Shown: positions 13,705 through 28,046 of the stretch, one piece after another
Numbering within the stretch: position 1 is the stretch's first letter
How the letters are laid out: the number at the start of each line of letters is the position of its first letter
Source: Octopus sinensis
Lineage: Eukaryota
Length of the DNA: 64,000 bases
NCBI RefSeq assembly: GCF_006345805.1
Contig: NC_042998.1
Coordinates: forward strand, 65,720,001 to 65,784,000
Reading direction: 5' to 3'
The notes under the pieces: generated by a model
What the model was told of the DNA's origin: nothing
The model's input: only the letters and a program-made list of their open reading frames with translations
The model's database searches: none
Translations under genes and position numbers: made by a program

Positions 13705-14820
13705 AAGTAGTAAGGAGAGACAGCAGAAAAAATGGAAATTCACCTGCTGAATGTTTTATACATATAGGCCTACGCATGCATGTGTGCGGTGTGAGTATGT
13801 ATGTATCTGTGTATATTGCCTACTTATTGTAGAGGATACTACTAATTACCAATCAGCTGCAAAATATTTTATTATTGTTTTCTTCCGAGAAGGAAATACA
13901 GGAATGTTTATGTTACAAAATTTCCAGGACTGGCTGGAAGAAGGAATGAAGATATTCGCAGCGCGATATGCAAGCAAAAATCTGTATTCATTAAAAGAAA
14001 CAACAGCATTGAAATGTCAGTGCTCGTCTTCAAACAGATGGCACTTTAAGGCTGCCGGCATCTCAATTTTCAAGACACCTTTGAGAATGTATTCATTTCA
14101 TAACTGTGATATACAACGTTTTTATGGTGGAATTTGATAGGATTACAGAATTACAAATGCAAACATAGAAATATATTCTGTCAGGTAAATAATGTAGGGC
14201 AGTTTCGGTTGATATCTCGAGAAACATTATATTCATAATATTGTTATAATCAGTTCTACTGTAGCGTAGCTGTCACAACTGACAGCAGAGCTGAGCAAAA
14301 ATATTAAGGTAGTCGCAACTACAAACTATCTAAATAAGTAAAAATATCAGTGAGAAAGTGTAGATATTGAAAAACGTTAACGGTGTACGAGTGATAGTGC
14401 GACGAAAATAAATACATCCATATGTGAGTGTGTGTGTCTGTGCGTGTGTATGCAAGCGTAAATAAATATCCATTTGGACAATTCGCCTTTTATAGCACCC
14501 CCAGAAAAAAGAATGAAACAATTAATTTCTAGTATTGTCAAAGTTTATATGTTCAAATATATCCATAGAAAATGCAATGTCATATTTGAGAGACAAGATA
14601 ATAGAGATTTTGTTTTCCGCGTAATGCTCCGGGAAGTGACCCTTATCATTTGATTTTCTGCTGAAATATATCATGGAATTGTGTTCTTGAATACTCCCTG
14701 CTGAGGTATGTTTTAGTATTTATGTAATATAATCGGTATTACCGTTTTAACTCATACAGATAGAAAGAACGATATACAGAAACAGAGTATGTACGAGAGA
14801 GATGGGGGGACAGAGAGGGA

Positions 14821-15135
14821 GTGGTTTGATCAATAAGTAACCGGACTATTGCTTTGGTATCGATGCTAGAGTACACAGTGAAACCACTTGGCACATATTG
14901 ATCTTGCACTCTGCTGTGATGGCACACAAAGCTTCAACGTTCTAGCTCACGTGCGCTGTTTACAGAAGTGCTTGGAAGTAACGTGTGTAGCCTGTGTTCA
15001 TCGCATTGACCATAACAGAGAAAGTTGAGCAAAGAATCTGCAAAACAAGTCAGTCTGTTCTGAGCGGCGGAATTCTGCGTACGTTAGCTTCGTCAGTATG
15101 GCAACAGTCCAGATACTTATTGATCAGGCCCCGTA
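14821..15135. mobile_element. Mariner-type non-autonomous element (MITE)
   Basis: TIR pair tgatcaataagtaaccggactattgc (left) and gcaacagtccagatacttattgatcaggccccgta (right), resembling mariner TACGAGGGG...TCAATAAGT TIRs; no ORF. Confidence 0.6.
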
Positions 15136-15147
15136 GGTATATGCTAC

Positions 15148-15178
<31 letters not shown>

Positions 15179-15275
15179 TGTATGTAGGTGTAGTTTTATA
15201 TATATATACATATGTACATATATGTGTGTGCATGTATATAAATGTATATATGTGTTTGCGTATGTGTGTATATAT

Positions 15276-15309
<34 letters not shown>

Positions 15310-15314
15310 CATAT

Positions 15315-15610
15315 AGTCGATTACAGATAGTCGATTACCGAGTCACCAATATGGATCTGTACAGAAATGATACTGCCCGATTGTCGCCTCATATTGATTT
15401 CCAGTTTTGGCTCAAGGCCAGCTAATTTCGGGGAACGGGTTTAATTGAATACAGGGACCCAGGCACTCAAATAGTACTTAACTGATCACCGAAACGATGA
15501 TAGGATAAGTCGATTTTGGATAAATGTGAACTCAGAACGAGAAGTCGAACGACATGCCATTGAAAATTTTGCTCGACGTTCAAGAAGTTGTGCCAGCTTG
15601 CCGCCAGATA
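15315..15610 (-). mobile_element. SINE family B, degenerate copy
   Basis: The reverse complement aligns loosely with 23172-23390 (ttctgagttcacattt, tcgattacc, ggccttgagccaaaact). Confidence 0.55.
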
Positions 15611-18600
15611 TTAAAAACCACTGACCATAGATCAAGCCATTCCAAACGGCTTGAACGAATATTTTTCTTTTGTTTGCAGTATTTAAAACATAACTGTTTG
15701 TATTGAAATATAAAGGCATTACGTCTGCTCCTTCTCCATCAAACAGGATCATCTTTCTCACAGGTCTATTGTCTTCCAAACGTTTCTTTATCGTTTAACA
15801 TTGCATTATTTTACTGTAGACTGATAGTTGTTGCTTTATAGTTACATCGACGCGGGTCCTCTCTCTCTCTCTCTCTAAATCTATCTATCCCTACTCATGC
15901 ACGCACACACAGGCACTCTCACATACTACGCGCGCGCATATTCAAACAAGAACGCACACAAACACACAAACCAATATTAGGCGACGAGCCTGGAAGTAAT
16001 ATTTACGTACAGGACTAGAATGGTATCTCTGTAATCGACTTATGTATGCATGCATGACTGTATGTAGTGTAGGTAAATGATTAAGAAGTTGGATTCATAA
16101 CTACGTCGCAATACATAGAATCTTAGTCGAGTTTTTTTTTTCAAAACTCCATGCAAAACCTTAGCTTCTCAGTGAAATTTGTTTCATGGAAATTACAAAG
16201 AAAATATATTGTTGGATATTTTCAGTAATAAATTGATGGCATGACATTACTTCAACTTTAATTGCTTGTTATAAATTGAAGCTGAAAATGTATACGTTTC
16301 ATGTATCTTCAATTGTTTTCTTTTGTGTTTGAAATGACTTTAGAGAATAATGTACGAACCAGTCTAACAACAGATTATTACTCATATTGATTATCGCAAT
16401 TGGACAAATATGTTCCGATTCTATTAACATTCTCAGAAAATAAGTGAAGTTGTCATTATTGCATCAACTAGTATTTTCAATTTTAAATAATCGTTATGAA
16501 AATGCATTTTAGATATAAAACTTCTATGTAATTTAGCGCAGCAATGCGAATATGGCTATGGCATATATTTCACTAATGAAGTATTAATTGCTATAACGAC
16601 TAATTGGTTACAACGAATAATTACAAATGAGATAAACGACATAATGGAGAAAGAATAATTTCTCCTAAAAATAATTTAATGTTTTGAAAATGAAAATTTA
16701 AGGAATAACACGTTTAATGATTCATAGGCAATGTGCGAATTTTCTAGTGATTTACGTTATAGTTTTTCATTAACACTATCCTCGTTAAAGCTGCTTTACT
16801 GCTAATTAACCTTAACAATTTAGCAAGTCAGTTAAATTGCATCGTTTGTTTCATGATTAACTGTCCTAATCACATATATTACGATACAGATGACATGGTT
16901 TAAAACTGATCTTTAAACTTATTCTTAATTCTTCTCGTAATGACCATAATTATATAAAAATAAAACATCAATTACAACAATAATAATGCGAATACTACTA
17001 CTAATAATAATAACCATAATTACAGCAACTATGGTTTGATGGTTGATTGTAATGATGGTGGTTTCTCTGATAGTGGTCATGGCGACAAAGTTACCTTATC
17101 GTGGTTGAACTGGCCATAATATTGAGGATGATTCGGAGGCAGAGACATTTGGTGAAGAAGTAGGCGGAAAAAGCAGAGTTTTCGTCGTAGTTGTGGTGGT
17201 GCTGGTGGGAGTCATATATCGATGAAAGGTTTGAGGATATAATGTGATTGCTGAAATAATCCATTTTCTTAACATTTGTTAGTGCTAATCCACAACATAG
17301 TTCAGATGCTTTTAGTTGTCCTATAATGGTTAACTAGAATCATCTGAACGTCGGTCGACAAGGTGTCATCATATTAACAGACTTTACAAGAATGTTACTG
17401 TCACTGAATTATGCACGGGATCATAAACAATATCTTTCATTAATCCTGATCGAATATTAATAATAATTAATCGATGCAAGAAAATGTAATTTACAGCTGT
17501 GAGAGATTAATGAAATATATAATTGATGTGATTTTTCCCACTTAAAATATTGCTACCATAGTATATAGACATTACTGTTTAAATCGGTGGAATCGTCGAA
17601 GTATTAATGGACATATGTGTAGATGTGTACGTTTCTTGAGTTTGAAAGAATACAGATATACACTACCTAGTTCTAATAATTTGCAACACCGTAACACACT
17701 CGATGTCTGATAATTGAGAGTGAACTTAATATTAAGGTGGTTAATTTAAGTTTCCTCTACACGCATATGTAGTTCGTGAACTACATATGGACGTTTTATC
17801 ATAATACAATACGCACTATGATTTATTTTATTAGTAAATCCAACCTTCTGTAAAATATCTCAATATATGTTTGGTAAACTAAATGTGTTAAAGTATTTTC
17901 TTATTGAATTACACGTTGCGCCTCCTCTTAAGTCGCATCACGAATTTAGATATCTAATTGGGCATCTCTCACTGTCTGTCTTTCTACACACACACATTCA
18001 CGCACACATACACACAATGTAGATAGATGCTTGTATTTACTATATGCATACATGCATATACACAGATGCGCAAGCACACATAGCAACAAATATAGAGCGT
18101 ATACTTTTATCGAAGAACACTTGTAACACTCAGGCTCGTTGCTACAGATGTCATAGTTTTACAGAAGATTAAAGAATAAGTTCGCCTCTTCATGTCTCTA
18201 TTATGTGCAACCTGATATGTTTAAGACCAATATTGAATCAAATGTTTCTTGCTACAGATATATCTGTAATATAAAGAGAGACCAAGTGAATAACCATTTC
18301 GAATATAGCAATTGACAAATATATTTTTCCTGATGCTAGGCCTATCTTTCAGTAAAATTTAGATTGTTTTCCATTAATTGAAACGATTGTGAAATTTGTT
18401 GCGATTTTCATTTTATTGCTTTTATAAGTGTAGTGTTATGAGAATGTAATTCAGAAGAAAACACGCTTTAAGTACATAATGATTAGCAATATGTTATTAA
18501 TTGCAATAATTTTAATTCGAAGAGGGAATAAATCTTCAAAACTGTGTCATTTTATTCCTAGAATGTTTTTTATGTCTGTTCTGTTTTATTTCATTTTGAG

Positions 18601-20507
18601 ATTTATAGTAACTAGTGTTGTTTACCTTAAATTAAATGCAGTCTGCTGTAAATTATTATTTTAATTTATATGTTTGTGCACACATTTATGGTTGAGTTAT
18701 CTACTTATAATTTATAGCATACAAGTAATCAAATGAAATTTGTTGTATACTTATGAAACTGTAATATTTGCAGTTATTCGGTACTGTCACACAATCCTAC
18801 TTAGGTAAGACTTTATATGTAGCTAAATGATGTAGTAAAACGGAAAATTATTGCTGGTGTATATAGGCGTGATAATTGAGAAAAGATAATGTTTTGTGTA
18901 GGTTTTTTTGACAGTAAACAAGTTGTAAATTGTATGGATATTTATAGCCAGGAAACTTCATTGAAAAATAATAGGCATGAGACAATAAATGTTTTTCGAC
19001 AGAATAAAACTTTAAATAGTACAAAATTAATTTCATGTAAGACAAATATCTCTTAATGAGAGAATGCATTTTTTATTTGGATTGACTTTTATAGATAAAT
19101 CATTGCTTAACTTTCTTCTATATTTCAAATGCTTTAGTTGATTTCTAAGGCAGAACGTTATAAACTATCAAACATAAAGTACTTTAAAATGTTTATTGAA
19201 AGAAAAATAATTATCAGTTACTAAGCTCCTATATATGCATGAAACAGACTATGATAGAATGACAATTTCACTAAATAACCGTATGTATTGATCTAGTGAC
19301 ATTTCAGTTCCTGTTTTATATTTAATGGGTCTGTGTGCGTCTGTAAACCTAAACATAAAAACGCACATAAACACACAAATGATACACATGTATACACACT
19401 CTAATATATTAATAACTACTTCATGAATACTATAAGTACCACATAAACTCTGGCTTTCACATATGTAGAAGGATATGTGTTTGGATTACACTTCCGTATT
19501 GCCATATAGCATTGTTCATCTGTGATCGTGGAATGCTTCATAACAGTCAGCAATAGTTTTATTTGGCAAAATCTAACAATCAACTTGCACCAACTGTGTT
19601 GAGAGCCTTACAATATAGATATATATGTATGTGTGTGCCTTTGTGTGTATGGATGTACCAAACCATTACATTAATTACAATGTACCCAATTGAAATACGA
19701 TTCCATAAAATGGACAACTTGAACAATAACATTAACTGTGCACATACATTCGAATGTGTAAACTGTTTCCAAAGCTTAACAAAATTAATAGTTTTTAGTT
19801 TGAATAGAGAAAAGATTATAGGTTGCAAAGTCACGAAAGCATGCTGTCTCTGAAGTAACTATAATGTCTACGGGAACATCATCTATTTCAATGTGTCCTC
19901 ACCATAGAAGTAACAGTTTCATTTAAATACCAATCACAATAGTAGGAATATAATTTCCACAGTATAGAATATTAGCAGACATTTCCAATGATCAGTTTGC
20001 AATCAAATTGGTTGCAAATTTCAAATCACATTGTTCATATATCCGTTATTAAATTTCCGGTGCTAGATTTTAAAATGTTTTAGATATTATTTTTCTGCAT
20101 CTGATCTGTTACTATACATTAAATGAAATCCAAATACGTTTGTAGATGATTCAACGAAGCGATACTTTGGTCTCTTTAGACAAAGTGAAACTGAATTTGT
20201 TATATATATTGTTTGTCACAAACACAGCCGCAATAAGTGTATGTTATTACTTATAATTTAGAGAAACAAACGTAATGTAGTAATGCAATATAATATATAT
20301 TATTTACAACACTCTATAATTTGAATTCTAAAAATTCTTTTCAAATGGCTACTTGAGTATAATATATAGTTGTAGAGAGATATTACGTGGCAAATCACCT
20401 CTGCTTTACCAATATTTTTGTCGCAAACTTTATCTATCCAAACACGTGTATCGGTGAAATGGATGAGTGAAATATGAAATTGTTGTCAGTATAATAGTCT
20501 TTCAGGA

Positions 20508-20738
20508 GGAGGCAGGCTGATATACTCATTAGCACGCCGGGGAAAGATATGCTTTGTGACATTTCATCTGTCTCTACGTTTCATCCGTCTCTCCGTTCTT
20601 GAGTTCAAATTCTGCCAATATCCATTTTCGTTTTCATTCTTTCAGTATCGATAAAATAAATACCATTTAAGCGCTAGGGTCGAGGTAACCGACTTACCCC
20701 AACCTCGACCTTGCTGGTTTCCTGCCAAAATTTGAAAC
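20508..20738 (+). mobile_element. tRNA-derived SINE family B
   Basis: ttagcacgccggg...gagttcaaattctgcc...tcgataaaataaatacc...gggtcgaggtaaccgactt, homologous to 23172-23600. Confidence 0.8.
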
Positions 20739-20900
20739 AAATATAATACTCCGTTAGAGTTTAACTTTTCTAACTACTAATTTTATAAGTACAGTTGATA
20801 CTGTTTCCTTAGTAAAGAATATCCGATGTCAATACAGGGAATTTTAGTAGTATTTCTAGCAGAAAAACCAAGTCGATATTCCGAAATTCAAACTTAATTA

Positions 20901-22149
20901 TTAGGTTGTCAAGAAAGTTCTTGCGGAATTTTTGATTTTGATTTTAAATATATTTTCAAATTAATTTTCATTAAATTACCTTGAATTTATATATCATTTT
21001 AAAGCCCCTTTTTCGCTCTATCTAACCTAGTAGTGTTACGCTTTCTGATTTTGAATAATTAGGCCATTTTTTCCGGAACGTTGAATAAAACATGAACAAA
21101 AAGCAACTTCGCACAATTTTCTTATTTCAGTTCAAGCTAAGCCGAAAAGCTGCTGAAACAGCTCACGATAGCAACGATGCGTTTGGTCCAGGAACCACTA
21201 ATGAACGTACAGCACAATGGTAGTTCAAGACATTTCGTAGCGGTGACGAGAGTCTTGAAAATGATAAGCGTAGTGGTCGGCCATCGGATGTTGACAACGA
21301 TCGAGTAAGAGCCTTAGTCGAAGCCAATCCACGCACAACTGTTCGAGAGCTTGCTTCTGCATTAGACGTAAAGTATACGGCAATTTCCAACCACTTAAAA
21401 GAGATGGGATAAACAAAAATACTTGAGAAATGGGTGCCGTACGAACTCAACGACAACAAAAAACGCCATCTTCCCTTCTTTTACGCAACAAGAATGACCT
21501 GTTTCTCGACCGTATTGTGACTTGCGATGAAAAGTTGATTCTTTACAACAACCAGCGACGCTCAGCTCAGTGGTTGTATGCCGACGAAGCAGCACGGCAC
21601 TTCCCGAAGCCAACGTTGCACCAAAAGAAGGTTATGGTGACTGGTGGTCTGCGGCCGGTCTCATTCATCTCAGTTTTTTGGATCCAGGCCAAATCGTTAC
21701 GGTGAAGTGCAGTCAAAAAATAGATGAAATGCATAAGAAACTCCGACAACAACAGCCAGCATTGTTCAATAGAAACGAACCAATTCTTCTCCACGACAAC
21801 GCTCGGCGGCACGTCGCACAACTGACCCTGCAGAAGTGGAACGAATTGGGATACGAAACTCTGCCTCATCCGCCATATTCACCAGACCTCTCGCCTACCG
21901 ACTACTGCTTTTTCAAGCATCTCGACAACTTCCTGCGTGAGAAATGCTTCAAAAACCAAGACGATGCCAAAGACGCTTTCATCGCCTCCAGAACGTAAGA
22001 TTGTTACGCTACTGGCATAAACATGTTTCGCGTTGGCAAAAGTGTGTTGATTCTGATGGTGTTTATTTCGATTAATAAAGTTTTGTTTGAGACGAGTTAT
22101 GTGCATCTGAATTTAAAAGTTAAAAACCGCAAGAAGTTTAACAACCCAA
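20901..22149 (+). mobile_element. Full-length mariner (Tc1/mariner DD34D) DNA transposon, defective
   Basis: TIRs ttaggttgtcaagaaagttcttgcgg (20901) and ccgcaagaagtttaacaacccaa (to 22149), flanked by TA dinucleotides; about 1.25 kb long. Confidence 0.93.
21092..22070 (+). pseudogene. Mariner transposase pseudogene (Hsmar1/SETMAR-like)
   Basis: MNKKQLRTIFLFQFK...RSGRPS...WVPYEL, VTCDEK, LLHDNARRH and PHPPYSPDLSPTDY, with stops and frameshifts. Confidence 0.92.
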
Positions 22150-23171
22150 TAATTCATAAGCTACAGGTGATTATTTTAGAAACGTTTAAATTATATGCAG
22201 TCGATTTCCTTCTAATCTGTATCGAGTTGATTATTATTTCCATCTATATTAATAAAATAATTCATTGTAATTTATTGGATTGCTATATAGCCGATCTTTA
22301 TATGAAATTTTACGATTTTTTGTAACCGTTAATACATTTCCGGAGGTGGTTTAATGTACCTATGTCATTTCTTATAAATCTATATTCCTGTATTCACTCA
22401 CCATGCAAAGTATTATAATGTCAACTAAATTTGCCCGAAGGTTTAGCAACGTAAAGGAGATCACCCCACAAATTCCGTCCTCACAATAAATATTGCCGAA
22501 ATACAGCATGCGAGCAAAGAAATCGACACGGTGGAAGCCTGAAGTCAACCAGCAGACAATAGCGGAATCGTATATCAATTACATAAATGTAGTGGTCGAG
22601 AATCTCTAAAATCCCGGACAATCTCAAAACCTACCAAATAAGAAAACAACGATATTAAAGTCCACTACAAACATACTCCAACAGAGTTGAAATAGCTTTC
22701 GTAAAGAAACCCTAACAACGGTAAGGATTACATTAGAATCATTTTGAAAAGGACTAACTCAGCTGCCGTTCTTTTGTCATATAATTAGAAAAAAAAACAT
22801 ACTCACGAAGAAGCAACAATGAAAACTTAAAGAAAAGATGACTCTATACAATTTCAACATAGATATCGAAATATAACTACTCACGGAAAGTTCCACAGAA
22901 CAAAGATTGTGAAAATCTCACAAAGAAAAATAAACCCTAAAATCGGTTACAAGAGAATGCTATTAAAGTTTACAGCGAAAATATTAAAGATCTTTACTCC
23001 AATTTGAAAAGCTGAATTCATAATAGAATACTCAACTGATTACTCTTTCTTTATGAAATATAAACTCCACAAACGTTTCTGCTAGGGGGGAATTAATTAC
23101 TATAAAATCAAACTTATTTTCACAAAAAATACACTATGAATAACATTAGTTCTAGAATATCTACGCATGAC

Positions 23172-23600
23172 TCCGCGAGCTAGCTGAAACGTTAGCGTGC
23201 CAGCTGAAATGCTTAGCGGTATTTCGCCTGCCGCTACGTTGAGTTCAAATTCCGCCGAGGTCGACTTTGCCATTCCTCTTTTCGGGGTCGATAAATTAAG
23301 TGCCAGTTACGCACTGGGGTCGATGTAATCGATTTAATCCCCTTGCCTTTCCTTGTTTGTCCTTTCTATGTTTAGCCTCTTGTGAGAAATAAAGAAATAA
23401 GAAACGTTATCACGCCGGGCGAAACGCTTAGCGACATTTCGTCTGCCTTTATGTTCTGAGTTCAAATTCCGCCGACGTGGACATTGCCTTTCATTCTTTC
23501 GGGGTCGATGAATTAAGTACCAGTTGCGTGCTGGGGGTGAATCTAATCGACTGGTCGACTCTGTGAAGATTTAGCGCCTTATGCCTAGAATAAAAAAGAA
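23172..23600 (+). mobile_element. Two tandem copies of SINE family B
   Basis: The unit gaaacgttagc...gagttcaaattccgcc...ggggtcgat...aattaagtaccagtt...tcgat occurs twice (about 23172-23395 and 23400-23600). Confidence 0.88.
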
Positions 23601-23934
23601 AATCTAGACTTGACACCATCTCCAGATTAGGGAACCGCAGAGATTGATCCTCATCAATGGTCATTTTCCAATATCTAAATCTAAGGGGAAAATAAGTTTT
23701 GGCGAGAGAAAAATTTGCGTAGTACATCAGATGTTCGATAAGAAATCAATACATGGGTGAAATGCGATCTGAGATCTGATTTATATTTCTAAATGTCATT
23801 TCCCGTTATCTAATTGTACTTTCTTTGAATTATTGTTTTTCATCAATTCTGCGCTATCATAATTACTGCAAAAAGGAAATGTGTTTTAATAAAATAAGTT
23901 ATTTTCGACGTAGTTTGTGCAAAATCACCATCGA

Positions 23935-24170
23935 TATAATGGATATTTGTAGCCAATACACGCTGGGAGTTCTACTCTGAAATGAAGGGCTTCAAATTTT
24001 GGCACATATCTGGAGTTTTCCGGGAGAGGAGTAAATCGATTACGTCGGCAAGAGTGCTTACTTCGTACTTATTTCATCGACCACAAAAATGAAAACAAAG
24101 TGGGCTTTTGTAGAATTTGTACTCAAAATATAAAGAGCTATAGAAATAGAGCAAAATGTTTTGTCAAACG
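23935..24170 (-). mobile_element. SINE family B, degenerate copy
   Basis: The reverse complement resembles the family B body and tail (gagtacaaattctac, tggtcgatgaaataagtacg, gtaatcgatttactcc). Confidence 0.6.
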
Positions 24171-25084
24171 CGTTGTGATCCTGACTGCGACCGCAGAAAT
24201 TAATTGTATGTAATATTGCATAAAAATTCATTTAAGAAATCCGAAGAAATCTGTGAGTTCTAAATCTGGGCATTTCCCTCTTAATATTTAGCCTAGAAAA
24301 ATCAACATTAAATCCCGATTGTACAAAACTATTCAAATTCATTTAAATGTAACGGTTTAACGTTTCTAAAGTTTTCTCATTAATCTTACGTAGACATTCA
24401 ACGACTGGAAAATAAAATGGGTTTGTCTACAAACTTTAATGCAAAAGCACTTACCTGCTATTTGTCAAAAACCTGTATGTATATAGTCAGTATTTACTCG
24501 ATAATGTTTTTCATGAATTCTTTCTTCTATAGCGTAGAAAAAGGTCAAATGAATGATAAGTTCTTAAAATATAAATGATGCGTCCACTGTCAAATGCAAA
24601 TAATTTTTTCTAAGCGGAATGATTTTTCTCTGTGAAAAGCCTTTTCTTCATTGCGCATAATGAACGTCTTTTTCGAAAAATAACCGCATAAGAAGCAAGC
24701 CCTTCAACATTCATATTTAATAATCAAATAGCACTTTCAGTTATTCTGCTTTGTCCAAGATGTCAGTTAGAGGTATCAATGTTACATCTGAAAACAAAAG
24801 AAAATGCAAATAATAATTCTTGACCATTTTGATAAGTTTACGCTGTCATGAAAACATTTCATATTTAGAAGTGCTTTTTTTTTCAGAAGCAGATCGATAA
24901 TTTAATTTTTGACCCTAATGTAATTGGTAAACAACATCAACTTAAACGCAAAAATGTGTATTTTGAGATAAATATATATGATACTATATATTGTATAGTC
25001 CACAAATATTACTACCATATAGATATTTATTTTTTAACCGATAATTATTGTCTACATCTGTTCAATTTTCGTAGAGTTACTTTT

Positions 25085-25327
25085 AAGCAGTAGCGGTTGC
25101 CATGAGCACTTGTCTCAAGGAACATCGAAAACTGATATTTACAAAATTTGTGTCTGAAGATATACATATGAACCTACCCACATGAACCTACCTCACGGCA
25201 AGAGGTGCAAATGAGCTATATCAAACTCCATGCTTCAGCAAGTGCCACATATTAGAGGAGGTTCTTAGTAATAACAGTGTAGCAAAACGGCGGTGCATGA
25301 GCATGGCCACAGCTCTGCTCTGAAACT

Positions 25328-25419
<92 letters not shown>

Positions 25420-25713
25420 TATATAATGTATGTATATATATATATGTATGTATGGTGGCTGCCCCTCGTTATCGAGTATGGCCATTGCACGAAGCTTAAT
25501 CAATGTTGCATCGTGCAATGCCTGGGCAAGAATATTATTTTAAATTGAGGAAAGGCTGTGCACTGAGTCAATCTGACTCACTAAGCAACTGCCCCTCCAT
25601 AGTTCCTCTGCCCTTCAACAGATTTTGTTTTTCATCCCGCAGTGTGTCCAATAAACACCCTCCTCACCAAGCAAGCTTGGTGGGTTGCCGGTTTAGTCGC
25701 CGACGACCCGACA
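25085..25713. repeat. Unclassified, relatively GC-rich interspersed element split by a (TA)n array
   Basis: Non-microsatellite, GC-richer blocks at 25085-25326 and 25452-25713 around (TA)n, with several perfect hairpins. Repeat status is inferred. Confidence 0.4.
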
Positions 25714-26288
25714 ATATATATATATTTCTGCATCCACTTTCCAAAACACACGATTAGTTGCTATTACTGGAGATATCACATTTCGTTAGATTGCAGGATT
25801 TTTCTTTTAATCTCATGGATAATCTCTTTTACTCGCATTTATTACACTCCCCATATTTCATATATATAAGAACTTGACGTATATCTATTTAATATGCGCA
25901 ACACTCCCTTGAGGAAATGGAAATTTTTCAACTCACCTTAGAAAGAAAGAAATTTTAACCATATAACCTCTGATATATGGAAAGAAAATGAAACAGATTA
26001 TATTAAAAAACATGACAAATAGAATATTATACGTGGTGTATGCATTGAAAAGCACATAAATAACGTATAAATAAAATAACATTTTATGTTAGATTAATTT
26101 TTGTTTTACAATGATTTGAATTACTAAATGTCCCTATATATGAAGTTACAAAATTCAGCTTGTTCTAATTGTAAGTGATTTATTCTTTTGATTTAATATT
26201 TATTTATGTGATTGTAAGTGTAAATTACGCAACTGCGCATTTCTATAACTTTATATCCAATAACTAAAGGTAGTTTTTAAAGCCAGCT

Positions 26289-26333
<45 letters not shown>

Positions 26334-27170
26334 CGTTTAGATGTACATTTATTTGATGCACATATCAGCTTCCAGGAATTTTATATCATACTCGAAACCC
26401 TTTCATTCTCCATAGACACACACATACACACAAATATGCATTCATATATATCGAAATTCTTCTCATTGAAAAAACATAAATGTCACACACACTCACCAAC
26501 GTAAAACTTTTAGGAGACGCTTTTTACATAATTATACATTATATGCTTTCTCACATTGATTGCGCAACATTTTCGTAAAATATTAAGTGAATATTATGAA
26601 AAGACAACATATGTTTCCTGTTTTGTCTCCAAATGTATCATAAAGATATGGAGATCGTCAATTAAACAGCCAGTTAAACAACTTCTATATTATTATACAG
26701 CATATATTTTATGTATGAAAATCAAAGAACCTTCCGCAAATACATGTATCTAAAACATACTCTTCAAACGTACTCTTAAAACATTCGAACCCCTATATAA
26801 TGACATAAATCATAATTTTATCAGAGCAAAGCAACATAGTTTTATGGATTAGTTTTTATGATTTATATCTGGAAAAAGTTATGCATATATAATATAATAA
26901 ATGAAACCGAAACGTGTATATATATATATATAGGTGTGGTTATTTGCGTGTGTTTGTGTGTGTGAGTTTGCGTGAATGGCTGTAACTAGAAAAGCTGGCG
27001 TCTCATATGTAGTTATTCGAAATTCACTTTACAATCACCACGCTCTTGATCGACATTTTAAAAGCGAAGAGCTAGATAACGGAGATAAGAGATACCATCT
27101 CACCTAAGCACAAATAACTATTGCCTTTTGGCATTCAGCACCCTTTGTACATTTTGCCTGTACCAACGTT

Positions 27171-27231
27171 CTATATATACAACATACACACACATGTATG
27201 TATATGTATATATATAAATATATATGAATAT

Positions 27232-27288
<57 letters not shown>

Positions 27289-27398
27289 TATATGAATATG
27301 TTTGTGTATATGTATATATATATATATATATATAAATATATATGAATATGTATGTGTGTATATGTATATATATATAAATATATATGATATGTTGTGTG

Positions 27399-27439
<41 letters not shown>

Positions 27440-27711
27440 TATATATTAATTGTGTATATGTATATATATATAAATATATATGAATATGTATGTGTGTATC
27501 TGTATATATATATATATATAAATATATATGAATATGATGTGTGTTGTATATATATATATATATATATATATATGAATATGTATGTGTGTATAGTATATAT
27601 ATATATAAATATATATGACTATGTATGTGTATGTGTATATATATATATATATCAATATATATGAATATGTATGTATATATATATGTATATATAAATATAT
27701 ATGAATATGTA
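27171..27711. repeat. Minisatellite (AAATATATATGAATATGTATGTGTGTATATGT-like unit), left flank of the LINE
   Basis: The same unit resumes at 32357-32900, so the LINE inserted into a pre-existing array. Confidence 0.92.
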
Positions 27712-28046
27712 TTAACTAATCGGTGGATTAACTGTTGGAGTGGACGGACGTCTATTTGTTTCTCTCCCAAGTCAGTAGCAAGCTACACAGCTTCAAAACT
27801 AACTGACCTTAAATATATATATATTTGTAACCACGTGTTTGCCTACAAACCCGTAAGTACGTTTTCATTTAACTACAAATTGTTATATACACCTGTTTTT
27901 CTTTTAATATCCTCAAACAACCAAATAATCAAAAACTCACACCCTTAAGAGAGAACATTTATATATATATACACTTCTTTAACTCCCAAGAAAGAATATA
28001 TATATTTTCAAAAATCAAAAGGAAAACAAACAAAAGAAAAACAAAC

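Noticed and set aside
13751-14137. 128-aa plus-strand ORF
   Set aside because: It starts in microsatellite-like sequence, has no recognisable domain and has no donor site.
15486-15779. 97-aa minus-strand ORF
   Set aside because: The C-terminal half runs through a SINE B copy and the start is non-ATG; no homology recognised.
22430-23150. A-rich stretch resembling a decayed LINE 5' region
   Set aside because: No diagnostic motif could be read in any frame.
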